The position numbers and the translations under genes are program-made. Below, piece by piece: positions 8,901-16,213 of a stretch of DNA of 58,428 nucleotides. Origin of the DNA: a virus; the IMG/VR virus record IMGVR_UViG_3300045988_116781. One strand, 5' to 3'. Numbering within the stretch: the stretch's first letter is position 1; every line of letters begins with the position of its first letter. The notes under the pieces are model-generated. The model was not told the origin of the DNA. It searched no databases and worked only from the letters and a program-made list of their open reading frames with translations.

Positions 8901-9543
8901 TCTGCGAGCCTCCCTGAACAAAGAGGATTTCAACGGGACGGCTTCCCGTCTCAGTAGTGCGCCCCACACCCGGGACAAAGCCGTTACCCTTGCCGTAAGA
9001 CAAAGGTAACGGGTCGTCCTTGAAATATTCGACTTTCTTCAGGTGTATGGTCTTGCCGACTATCTCCCATTCGGAGTTGAACGTATCCGCAACGCTTTGC
9101 AGCGCATCGCTCACAAACGAATGGTCGAATGCGATAGTCTTCTCGGTTGATACGATACAATCCCCAACGGCCCAACCGCTGTCACGCTGGTTGAGATTGT
9201 CCACGATTACCTGAATGTACTCCTTGGGAGTGGCGCACATGGAGAATTTGAGCCGCTTGTCCACCGTGTTGCGGAGCTTGTAGCGGTTCAGCTGGTACTG
9301 TGCGCTCTCCATTATCAGGGTGTATTCAATATCCCGTGTCCCGTTCTTTTTGATGTTCGCAGGGGCGGCAAGGGTGTACCTTATCGCCATATACTCGCAC
9401 CATGCGCCTACGGGTATCTCAACGTATTCAGGAAGAGAGAATTTCAGCGTAAGGTTATGGTCGCCCATGAGCGAGCGGTAACGGTAGCTGTCATCGCTTT
9501 CCTGTACGTCCAGCGTTGTGTCGTTGAAGTGTATCGTTATCAT
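5956..9543 (-). CDS. large distal tail / host-specificity protein (Tal-like)
   Basis: 1195 aa. It lies downstream of the tape measure and Dit-like genes, and its size and position are typical of a siphovirus tail tip protein. Confidence 0.45.
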   Translation of the reverse strand: MITIHFNDTTLDVQESDDSYRYRSLMGDHNLTLKFSLPEYVEIPVGAWCEYMAIRYTLAAPANIKKNGTRDIEYTLIMESAQYQLNRYKLRNTVDKRLKFSMCATPKEYIQVIVDNLNQRDSGWAVGDCIVSTEKTIAFDHSFVSDALQSVADTFNSEWEIVGKTIHLKKVEYFKDDPLPLSYGKGNGFVPGVGRTTETGSRPVEILFVQGGSQNIDRSKYGSAELLLPKSQTLEYEGRTYISDADGYSIRRQDKAVLYNNEDSLDCSEIYPSRVGKVTKVEVIDEANNFYDIIDNTIPENLNYNDYLIEGENMTIIFQSGMLAGDDKAFELKYNHAERRFEIVPQEIDGLTMPGGVYIPHEGDTYAIFGCMLPDAYICDNATKTGASWDMFREAARYLYENEDTKFTFSGELQGMWAKRNWLKVGGKLVVGGYVLFTDNQFAPDGVKIRITGIKDYLTSPYAPTVELSNSVSGKSLNSTLNELENGNVIVDENQKKIIQFTKRRFRDSLETIDMLEQALLENFTNSINPIAVQTMAMLVGDESLQFRFVDSSLNPIQYHITYNQETKQLIAPATVLQHMTLGIDTITSSRDKNTYKHWTMSGYTSPVLDQISQKYYFYAKVPTGTGTGEFVLSPTAIGMNDVSGYYHLLVGVLNSEYDGERSFATLYGFTEVLPGRITTDKIVSADGKTYFDLANSIIGGNIRFRSTNGTDKNVSDLEDELNERIDTQAQEFVEAVGGLQSQIDGAIESFFYEYNPTTSNVPASQWTTTEEKNKHLNDTFTNLKTGRSWRWTKSGSSYSWVEITDTATVEALAKAGQAQDTADSKRRVFVSTPYPPYDIGDLWVQGTSGDIMRCKTARASGSYYASDWVKASKYTDDSSLNNFINGDFKQLKQDAVMKETIIEGGYLKNSLIDTENLLVENIHSKNGNFQTTEDGTVKGRNAVFEGGTFKDVLLQGSLRNPFVQETDSIVVGGMQSTHDNVATISVGGGWITNGNLEWDVKQSGRRMCITNYRWGSQYSQGTIEYTAPTGKYFYENGISKNYLRLSRECVELIGYGTSTQFYGWIVLNRINLMTESRYGRKLNALAMGIVTGSSSGTSISYKTFDGTTMSVSRTGVGQYRVNFSSTWFNSANDCIAIVTGLGYSQGSSEAPIKATVIGRYSSYITVNTSDDASRNDGSFMFIILNINDWLGITN

Positions 9544-10382
9544 TATCTGCTTTCGCTGTAAAGTTCTACATAGATGCCTACCAAGTCGGCGAGAGGCTGG
9601 TAAACGGGAATTTCAGTATTACGGGTACACAGGTAGGTAATGCCGTCCTGGATGTAATACTTGCCCTGCTCCAGCTCCATATTGTTGTTGTACGGTATCG
9701 GGTCGTCAGCAGTACCGGATGCGGTCTCTACGATTTCCGTGTACAGGCTTTCAGTACCTGTTCCCGGTCGCCATTGTTCCTGTACGGTGTGCTGCTGGAG
9801 GACTTTCCACAGCCTGCCGTCACATTGCATCTTGTCGCCCTGCTTGACCTCCTTTCCGATGAGCGTTTCCCATTCGGGATATACGCTCTTTACTGACAGG
9901 GCATCGTTGTCGGTCAGGCTCATCGTGTTCACGGTAAGCATGAGCAGCTTTGCGATGTCTGCCATTCGTGGAGCGGATGCGGTTTTGGGTGTTCCCGGAT
10001 CAATCTCCAAATCCTCCTTTACCATGCTCTTGACTGACGAGACGAAAGCAAGGTATTCCTCGTATTCGGATACCACTCCAGCATCGGACAGTACGCCCTG
10101 CTGGTAGGCGTTGAATTGGTTGATGAGAGCCAGTTCCGCTTCTGCCGAATAGTCGGAGCGTATGACCGCTTCAACACACTTGCCGTATTCGGGCTTCCCG
10201 TGAATGGTGACCTCACGGCACGAATACTGAACTTTCTTTACCGATGATACAGGTTCTTCTTTCCCCTCCTGCATCATTTCATGCTGGACCTCTTCTTCCT
10301 GAATGTCCCAACGGTACAGGTAATTCCCGTTACCTACTGCCTCCAATTTAGGCGGCTTTGTGTCGTAATACGTACGTGTCAT
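9543..10382 (-). CDS. hypothetical tail-module protein
   Basis: 279-aa ORF. Its stop overlaps the start of the 1195-aa gene. No recognisable motif. Confidence 0.45.
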   Translation of the reverse strand: MTRTYYDTKPPKLEAVGNGNYLYRWDIQEEEVQHEMMQEGKEEPVSSVKKVQYSCREVTIHGKPEYGKCVEAVIRSDYSAEAELALINQFNAYQQGVLSDAGVVSEYEEYLAFVSSVKSMVKEDLEIDPGTPKTASAPRMADIAKLLMLTVNTMSLTDNDALSVKSVYPEWETLIGKEVKQGDKMQCDGRLWKVLQQHTVQEQWRPGTGTESLYTEIVETASGTADDPIPYNNNMELEQGKYYIQDGITYLCTRNTEIPVYQPLADLVGIYVELYSESR

Positions 10383-11385
10383 AAAATTCTGCTTTTAAGA
10401 TTGTTTTTAGTAAATGTCTCGAATTGCTGTATTTCGCCCAACCGAACCAGCTGCACAGAGCCTGACGGTAGTCCTCCAGCTTTACGTTGGCTTTCCTGTT
10501 CCATTTCGCCGCCGCACGGCAGAAGTTCTGCTTAATGCTTTTCCTGATAAGCGTCTGGTTGTGGTAAAATACGAAGCCTATAAAGTCCAATCCCCGGCCG
10601 TGCCTGTCGGAACGGTTATCCCCGATAGGAAACACTTGCTCGTTCCCTTTCAGGTTCAACTTCAAGTCTTTCATGTATTCCCTTATGTCTGCAAGAAGCC
10701 TGTGAAGCTCTTCTTTGCTCGATGCAAGGAATACCATGTCGTCCGCATAGCGGAAGTAGTATTTCACTCTCTTTACCTCTTTAACCCAATGGTCGAAATA
10801 TGCGAGATACAGGTTTGCGAAATACTGTGAAAGATAGTTGCCGATAGGCACTCCGGCTGCGCTGTCGATTATCTCGTCAAGAAGCCAAAGCGTGTCCTTG
10901 CACTTGATTTTCTTCCTGACGATTGACTTCAACACATCATGGTCGATTGACGGGTAGAACTTCCGAATGTCTATTTTCAGGCAGTACCGTGTGTTCTCAC
11001 GGTCTTTCATAGCCTGCTTGACCTTGCGCATCGCTCCATGTATGCCACGCTTCTTGATGCAGCTGTACGTGTCGGTAGTGAATATGGATACCCATATCGG
11101 CTCCAGCACGTTCATTATGGCATGGTGCAGGATGCGGTCGGGATAATAAGGCAGTCGGAAAATCTCACGTTCCTTTGGCTCGAATATGGTAAACGTCTCA
11201 TATTCCGAGTTCCTGAATGATTTGGTACGCAACATCTCATGCAAAGCAATGATGTTCGCTTCCCTGTTCCTGTCATGGAAACGCACACCGTATGTGTTCG
11301 CCTTACCACGTCTTGCCTTTTCGTCAGCGAGACGGAGGTTTTCCAGCGAGATGATTTTTTCGTATAAGTTGCCAAGTCTTTTCAT
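10348..11385 (-). CDS. DGR-type reverse transcriptase
   Basis: 345 aa. It has the RT motifs YADD (RYADDMVFL) and the DGR-typical IGNYLSQYFANLYL. A TR lies 132 nt upstream. Confidence 0.92.
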   Translation of the reverse strand: MKRLGNLYEKIISLENLRLADEKARRGKANTYGVRFHDRNREANIIALHEMLRTKSFRNSEYETFTIFEPKEREIFRLPYYPDRILHHAIMNVLEPIWVSIFTTDTYSCIKKRGIHGAMRKVKQAMKDRENTRYCLKIDIRKFYPSIDHDVLKSIVRKKIKCKDTLWLLDEIIDSAAGVPIGNYLSQYFANLYLAYFDHWVKEVKRVKYYFRYADDMVFLASSKEELHRLLADIREYMKDLKLNLKGNEQVFPIGDNRSDRHGRGLDFIGFVFYHNQTLIRKSIKQNFCRAAAKWNRKANVKLEDYRQALCSWFGWAKYSNSRHLLKTILKAEFYDTYVLRHKAA

Positions 11386-11517
11386 ACTGCTTTGCTTTTC
11401 TTAGTCGGGGCGTTCGGTAGCCCAAACAACGGGCGTTCCTACCAGCTCCTTTCTGACGTTATGTTTTTTGCCAAGAGGCAAGGCCGCTGCTCCCATATAT
11501 TTTTTAACCCATATTGA

Positions 11518-11633
11518 AAAGTATAGGTGAGAGCTGATGTTCGCATTCGTATTCGAGGGGGTGTTATTCGAGTTCGCATAGCTGAAGCCTGCATTCGCCC
11601 TGTTATTCGCATTACCGCTGAACAGCACACCAC
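11518..11633 (-). repeat. DGR template repeat (TR)
   Basis: This 116-bp segment is homologous to 12084-12199 and, in part, to 52000-52075. Every mismatch falls at a coding-strand adenine of this copy. It is rich in AAY codons (NANNRANAGFSYANSNNTPSNTNAN). Confidence 0.9.
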
Positions 11634-11662
11634 AAGAGCAGCCAACCTTTTTTCTCATTCTC

Positions 11663-12022
11663 TTACTCGAAATAGTACCTGTTCCCGTTACTCCGCAATG
11701 TTACCCTACGTGGGAACTTGCCCATCTCCTTAATCTTTTTCAGGACATACAGGATGTCCGCTGACCCCGTAAAGAATTTCTTTGCATCGGATTCCGGGCT
11801 GTCTTTGTCGGGCTTGATTTTGACCAAAGTCTGACCTTTTATCCCTTTCGCCTTGCTGAAACGTGTCGGGACTTCCTCGATGAAGTCCGTTACCCAAAAC
11901 GTGGTGTTCACGATTTTGGACTGTGTCGTCTCTGGGCAGTTGAAACTTCTGCTGTTCTCATCACGGGGGATTTGCAGGAAATCCAAAGAACCGTCATCTT
12001 CCAAATTGTTGTTCATGTTCAT
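11663..12022 (-). CDS. hypothetical protein at the DGR accessory (Avd) position
   Basis: 119-aa ORF between the target gene and the TR. I could not recognise Avd-like four-helix-bundle features. Confidence 0.5.
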   Translation of the reverse strand: MNMNNNLEDDGSLDFLQIPRDENSRSFNCPETTQSKIVNTTFWVTDFIEEVPTRFSKAKGIKGQTLVKIKPDKDSPESDAKKFFTGSADILYVLKKIKEMGKFPRRVTLRSNGNRYYFE

Positions 12023-12071
12023 ATCTTTTGCATTGTTGAGTTAAACTTCCTATGCGCTTCGTGCCAACGTG

Positions 12072-13508
12072 TTACGCTGGGATAAAGCAAAGGCGAGAGC
12101 CGAAGTTCGCATACGTATACGAGGGGGCGTTATACGAGTACGCAGAGCCGAAGCCCGCAGTCGCCCCGTAATTCGCAGAACCGCCGAACAGCACACCACG
12201 CAATGTTTCAGTAGTGGGTATGTTCGTGTAATGGTAATCACAGAAATAGGTAGTAGAACCTCCACCTACAACGGACGGCATGATTTCTCCGCCCTCTCCG
12301 AAAATTACCTCCTTTACATAGGATTCCGTTCGGGCTTCATTTCCGACATGGGACATGTTGTTATAGTTGCTGTCGTTGAAATATTCCGGATTGTCCGTGA
12401 CAAATACCTTGCTTAAACCGTCCCCGGTCGGTTCATTCGGAGAGATGCGCACATTGATACCGTCAGTCCATTGCCACAGATGTCCGAAAGGATTTTCGAT
12501 ACCTCTGTAACGTGGCACTTTGACGGTAAGCCCTGCGCTGTCGTATTCCTCCGGCATTGAGAACTCCACTTCGCCCGTACCGTTACCCAACTCGTCGGTA
12601 TATCCGCACGGAATGAATGGATAGTAGCCATTGAACGCACTCCATTTAGAACTGTTAAGATTGGTCACACCATCTCCGAGACCGCCCTGCGCATATCCGT
12701 TGCTGTCCTTTGAAGCGTTGAACGCCTTTTGAGAGTTCAGGGTTGCGTATTCGATGATAAAGAGCCAAAACAGGTCTTTCTGAATGTCATACGTCATGCA
12801 GTTCCACTCCTTTGTTGCGGATTTGCGCTTGCGTGCATAAGTGCGAAAGTTTGTACGTGAAATTGACGTTGCAGGTCTTCCAATCAGGGTACGGTAAGTT
12901 CCGTCCCATTCCGCATTGTTGTTACCTCCCCTGTAATCCGCAGTCTCATTGACAACGGAGCATAGCGTGGTCGTTGAACGCTGTACGGTGGCTTCATAGG
13001 CGGATACGTATTTCTTCCTTACCTGATGATAGCCGGGCAGGGGATATTCCGAAATCTTGACCCTGCGCTTGTTGCCCTCGGTCTCGAACTTGCGGTAGTA
13101 CATTGGAAGTTCCACCATGACTTGACCACGTGAACCGTCACGGGTGTTGCCTCTCCAATCGGCAGGATTGAGGTATTCCGTAACAGTGCCATCATCCGCC
13201 AAAAGACAGCCTTTCATCCGGCTTTGGATAGGCAGGCTCTTGTGCAGCTCCATGTTCCCGATACGGGTGCATTCGGGAGACGATACGGTGACATCGTACT
13301 CGATGCCATAGGCGCAGTTCTCTTCAAGGTAGGGCATAAAGGTAGCGAGAGCAGCCTTTTTGCTTTCCCCGTCCGTGTCAAGCACCTCACACAATAGTTC
13401 AAAGGGGTTTGTACCCTCCACTTCCGGCAGATCCGCCAGACGTTTTCCGTTCTCGAAAGCCTCGATGATTGAACGCACCTTGCTTTCTTCTTCGCTTGTT
13501 AATGCCAT
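12072..13508 (-). CDS. DGR target protein 1 (tail fibre / receptor-binding candidate with C-terminal variable region)
   Basis: 478 aa. The C-terminal GVLFGGSANYGATAGFGSAYSYNAPSYTYANFGSRLCFIPA is encoded by VR1. An upstream GIENPFGHLWQWTDG-type motif is typical of C-type-lectin/FGE-fold DGR targets. Confidence 0.85.
   Translation of the reverse strand: MALTSEEESKVRSIIEAFENGKRLADLPEVEGTNPFELLCEVLDTDGESKKAALATFMPYLEENCAYGIEYDVTVSSPECTRIGNMELHKSLPIQSRMKGCLLADDGTVTEYLNPADWRGNTRDGSRGQVMVELPMYYRKFETEGNKRRVKISEYPLPGYHQVRKKYVSAYEATVQRSTTTLCSVVNETADYRGGNNNAEWDGTYRTLIGRPATSISRTNFRTYARKRKSATKEWNCMTYDIQKDLFWLFIIEYATLNSQKAFNASKDSNGYAQGGLGDGVTNLNSSKWSAFNGYYPFIPCGYTDELGNGTGEVEFSMPEEYDSAGLTVKVPRYRGIENPFGHLWQWTDGINVRISPNEPTGDGLSKVFVTDNPEYFNDSNYNNMSHVGNEARTESYVKEVIFGEGGEIMPSVVGGGSTTYFCDYHYTNIPTTETLRGVLFGGSANYGATAGFGSAYSYNAPSYTYANFGSRLCFIPA
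12084..12199 (-). repeat. DGR variable repeat 1 (VR1)
   Basis: 116 bp aligned to the TR without gaps. All 19 mismatches are at TR adenines on the coding strand. Confidence 0.9.
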
Positions 13509-13512
13509 AATT

Positions 13513-13779
13513 TTAACTGTTTAATAGTTTGAAAACTGATTTGCTTCCTGATTTTATCAATGATGCAGCTCTTTCGCCGCTCATCCTGAGACGTTCGCCC
13601 GTATGCACAGGCCTCTTGCGTGTCCGTTTCGTTCCTGTCATGATTTTGCAGACAGGCTTTCCGTTGCTGACCACGAACATTACCGAACCGGGCGTATTGA
13701 GCCGCATAGCGTCATACTTCCTGAACGATGCCCAAGAGCGCATACGTCTCACTACCGATATGAAGATTGAGACTATCAT
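13513..13779 (-). CDS. small basic hypothetical protein
   Basis: The start MIVSIF... overlaps the upstream stop (ATGA). The gene ends 4 nt before the DGR target gene. Confidence 0.35.
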   Translation of the reverse strand: MIVSIFISVVRRMRSWASFRKYDAMRLNTPGSVMFVVSNGKPVCKIMTGTKRTRKRPVHTGERLRMSGERAASLIKSGSKSVFKLLNS

Positions 13780-14096
13780 ACCTGTTCCACCCAAGAACCG
13801 CTACCCCAATAGATGTCGCATTCTCCGAGTATCTCCATATCCGGCGCAATCTCCACTATCGCCATAGGCGACCAGTCGTTGTACGCTATGGGAGCATCGG
13901 AAAATCTCTCATCCTGATAGCATTTCACACTCAATACGGTATCCAGTGCTTCGGATGCCGTATCCTTTGGCCTGATGTAGACCGAAAACGGGGTGTCGTT
14001 AGGCAGCTTGAAGCCTTGCGACAGGCTTTCAATCTTGCCGTGGGACAGGATGCGTCCCCCGTTCATAAATTCGCTGATGTAACCTTTCTGTGCCAT
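13776..14096 (-). CDS. hypothetical tail-module protein
   Basis: 106-aa ORF in operon context. No recognisable motif. Confidence 0.45.
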   Translation of the reverse strand: MAQKGYISEFMNGGRILSHGKIESLSQGFKLPNDTPFSVYIRPKDTASEALDTVLSVKCYQDERFSDAPIAYNDWSPMAIVEIAPDMEILGECDIYWGSGSWVEQV

Positions 14097-14110
14097 AACC
14101 GAATGTATTT

Positions 14111-14785
14111 TTAGTTCAACCTGATATTTCCGTTTGCCGTCAGGCGCATAGATGTACGAGTGGCAAGCCTTATGGTCGGTGCAGTCACCTTAATCTGAAT
14201 GGTCCTGAAAAGAGCCATGTTGCAGGTAGGTATGACGTGTATTACGCTCGTTCCTGCACCGAGAACGGTGATCCTCCCGTCAGGGGTTACCGAAACCGCC
14301 TTATCATCTCCCAGGCAGAGTACATTCTGATGTACCCTTTCAGGAAGCAGTACTGCATCTATCTTGGCCGTCTTGTTGCCTGTTGTCAGATGAGCCGGAT
14401 AGCTCAACTCCATAGAGGTAGGGAACAGTCCCAACGCTTCAAGGTTGGATGCAGTCTCTATGATTTCCCGGCAGTCCTCCGTAGCCTGATTGGCTTCTTC
14501 CGTAGCATTCTCGCAACCCTCCTTTGCGGTATTCGCCGCATTTGCGGCGGTATTGGCGGTACTTGCCGCCGTGTTCGCATTTCCAGCGGCCGTATTTGCC
14601 GCCGATGTTGCGGAATTTGCGTTCGATATTACCGTCTGTACTGACTGCTTCAACGAGTTTACCGTGTTGGCGATATACTCCAGCGATACCTTTACGCTCC
14701 TGTTGAGCGCATCAACGCCTATGGTAAAAAGCCCCGTGAATGTCTCACAAAGCGGAAGTTCCGATATTTTCTTCTTCGTTGCCAT
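14111..14785 (-). CDS. Ig-like (Big_2-like) domain protein with Ala/Asn/Thr-rich repeat
   Basis: 224 aa. It has an ANSATSAANTAAGNANTAASTANTAANAANTA low-complexity stretch. The C-terminal VSVTPDGRITVLGAGTSVIHVIP...IKVTAP resembles bacterial Ig-like group 2 domains. Confidence 0.5.
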   Translation of the reverse strand: MATKKKISELPLCETFTGLFTIGVDALNRSVKVSLEYIANTVNSLKQSVQTVISNANSATSAANTAAGNANTAASTANTAANAANTAKEGCENATEEANQATEDCREIIETASNLEALGLFPTSMELSYPAHLTTGNKTAKIDAVLLPERVHQNVLCLGDDKAVSVTPDGRITVLGAGTSVIHVIPTCNMALFRTIQIKVTAPTIRLATRTSMRLTANGNIRLN

Positions 14786-14796
14786 ATATCATTTCC

Positions 14797-15723
14797 TTAA
14801 TCGTTTCTCAATAGGATATTGCTTTCTCCGTCCTCTGTAAGCACGAGCGCATCATCCTCGGTTGCCAGCAACGCATGGTTGCCAATCGGTCGGTAATTAG
14901 TGAACGTGAGCACTACCGAGAACTCGCACCAAACACGGCCGTTACGCATGATGTCGAACTTCGATACCGTGTTCTTCTTGTAGAAGCAGTCGAACTCCTC
15001 CACCGTCTTGTCAAGGTACAGGCTTCTTTCCTCCGGCTTCAGAAGTTCCGTAAACAGGGAGTTCCAACGCTTCCAGAATACGGTAACATTCGCCGCACGG
15101 ATAAGCAGCTTCAACGTCACGTCCTTTGCTTCATAAAAGACGTTTTCTCCGTCATACGAAACGCCTGCTACAGACTTGATGTCGATTGTAAGGTTCGGGC
15201 GCACGTTAGGGGCTTTCAGTATGCTGTCGTCACTTCCGTCAAGCACATATACACCGAACCGTGAGAAGTCGATACCGTCAAGCTCGTAGCCCGACTGATG
15301 CACGTCTTCCGCTCCTGTTGAATACGGCGTATCCTGATCCGGTTCGGGAAAATCATCTGCAAAACTCAAAGAAAGCTTGCCGAGATGTATTCTTGACGAC
15401 AGGGAGCCGTTGCTTACAAGCCTAAGTTTGTACGTCTTGCCAAGCTCCGTGAAGTTGAACGTATGATATGACTTGTCGGAAAGCAACTCGAACAGGTCAC
15501 TTGCAGAAGTGATATCGGTAATGCAGAACGATATGGCGAACGTCTTTGTGTCAAGTACAGGTGCGGACAGGTCGTATTCCTCCCCGTCATATTCCGGCCA
15601 TTCCGTACTTTCTATGTTCTTGAATGGCGGAAGCTGAATGAGAGCCTTGTACCCGTACTGTTCGACAAATACGCCGTATTCATCGAAAGCATCCGTTCCG
15701 TCTATGTAAAGCCTGCCTTTCAT
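14797..15723 (-). CDS. distal tail protein (Dit-like) candidate
   Basis: 308 aa. Called from its position downstream of the tape measure. Confidence 0.4.
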   Translation of the reverse strand: MKGRLYIDGTDAFDEYGVFVEQYGYKALIQLPPFKNIESTEWPEYDGEEYDLSAPVLDTKTFAISFCITDITSASDLFELLSDKSYHTFNFTELGKTYKLRLVSNGSLSSRIHLGKLSLSFADDFPEPDQDTPYSTGAEDVHQSGYELDGIDFSRFGVYVLDGSDDSILKAPNVRPNLTIDIKSVAGVSYDGENVFYEAKDVTLKLLIRAANVTVFWKRWNSLFTELLKPEERSLYLDKTVEEFDCFYKKNTVSKFDIMRNGRVWCEFSVVLTFTNYRPIGNHALLATEDDALVLTEDGESNILLRND

Positions 15724-15724
15724 A

Positions 15725-16213
15725 CTACATCAATATCCTTGCATGGTCCTGTCTGATGAATGTCACATCCGACTTGTCGTCTTTTTCGATACGCACTACC
15801 GAATATCCTCCGGCCAATACGGAGGCACTTGCCCCGTGCATCAAATGAAGCCTGTTTCCGGCGTTCTCACGGTATTTCACGGTCGCAACGGTGTCGCCTA
15901 TCAGAAACGCTTTGCGAGCCTCTGTAAGCGTTATCTTACCGCTGTCTATGTACACGCCGAAACGTTCGGGACGGTACTGCTTGAACTTCCTGAATGTCGC
16001 CAAGTCAGGAAAGCCGAATTTTGTCAGGAACTCGATGCCACGCGGGGAGAAGATGAGTTCCACAAGTCCCTCCAAATCCTCCGTTCCCTTGAACATGTCG
16101 CATTCCGCAAGCTTGCGTGCCATTTCACGGTCGCCCATGCTCATGCAGCGTTCCTGTGCGGCCTGTTTCGCCGCTTTCCATTCTTCCTGTATATGTCTTA
16201 CAAGCTCTTTCAT
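15725..16213 (-). CDS. hypothetical protein
   Basis: 162-aa ORF. Its start overlaps the tape measure stop by 4 nt. Confidence 0.45.
   Translation of the reverse strand: MKELVRHIQEEWKAAKQAAQERCMSMGDREMARKLAECDMFKGTEDLEGLVELIFSPRGIEFLTKFGFPDLATFRKFKQYRPERFGVYIDSGKITLTEARKAFLIGDTVATVKYRENAGNRLHLMHGASASVLAGGYSVVRIEKDDKSDVTFIRQDHARILM

Noticed and set aside
11401-11658. 85-aa ORF (MRKKVGCSCGVLFSGNANNRAN...), with the alternative-frame ORFs 11439..11645 and 11527..11733, covering the template repeat
   Set aside because: The region is the DGR TR plus the spacer upstream of the RT. Its open frames exist because it copies the VR coding sequence. TRs are normally non-coding RNA templates, so I did not call a CDS.
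12050-12416. ORFs 12050..12265 (-) and 12069..12416 (+) overlapping VR1
   Set aside because: These are alternative frames of the 3' end of the 478-aa target gene. They mirror the spurious frames over the TR and have arginine-rich, low-complexity translations.
14520-14640. Possible third VR, because the Ala/Asn/Thr-rich repeat of the Big_2-like protein contains GTTCGCATT, a 9-nt match to the TR
   Set aside because: The match does not extend beyond about 9-10 nt. There is no IMH-like boundary (GCTCTCGCCTTTGCTT). The similarity is explained by shared AAT/GCG/AAC codon content.
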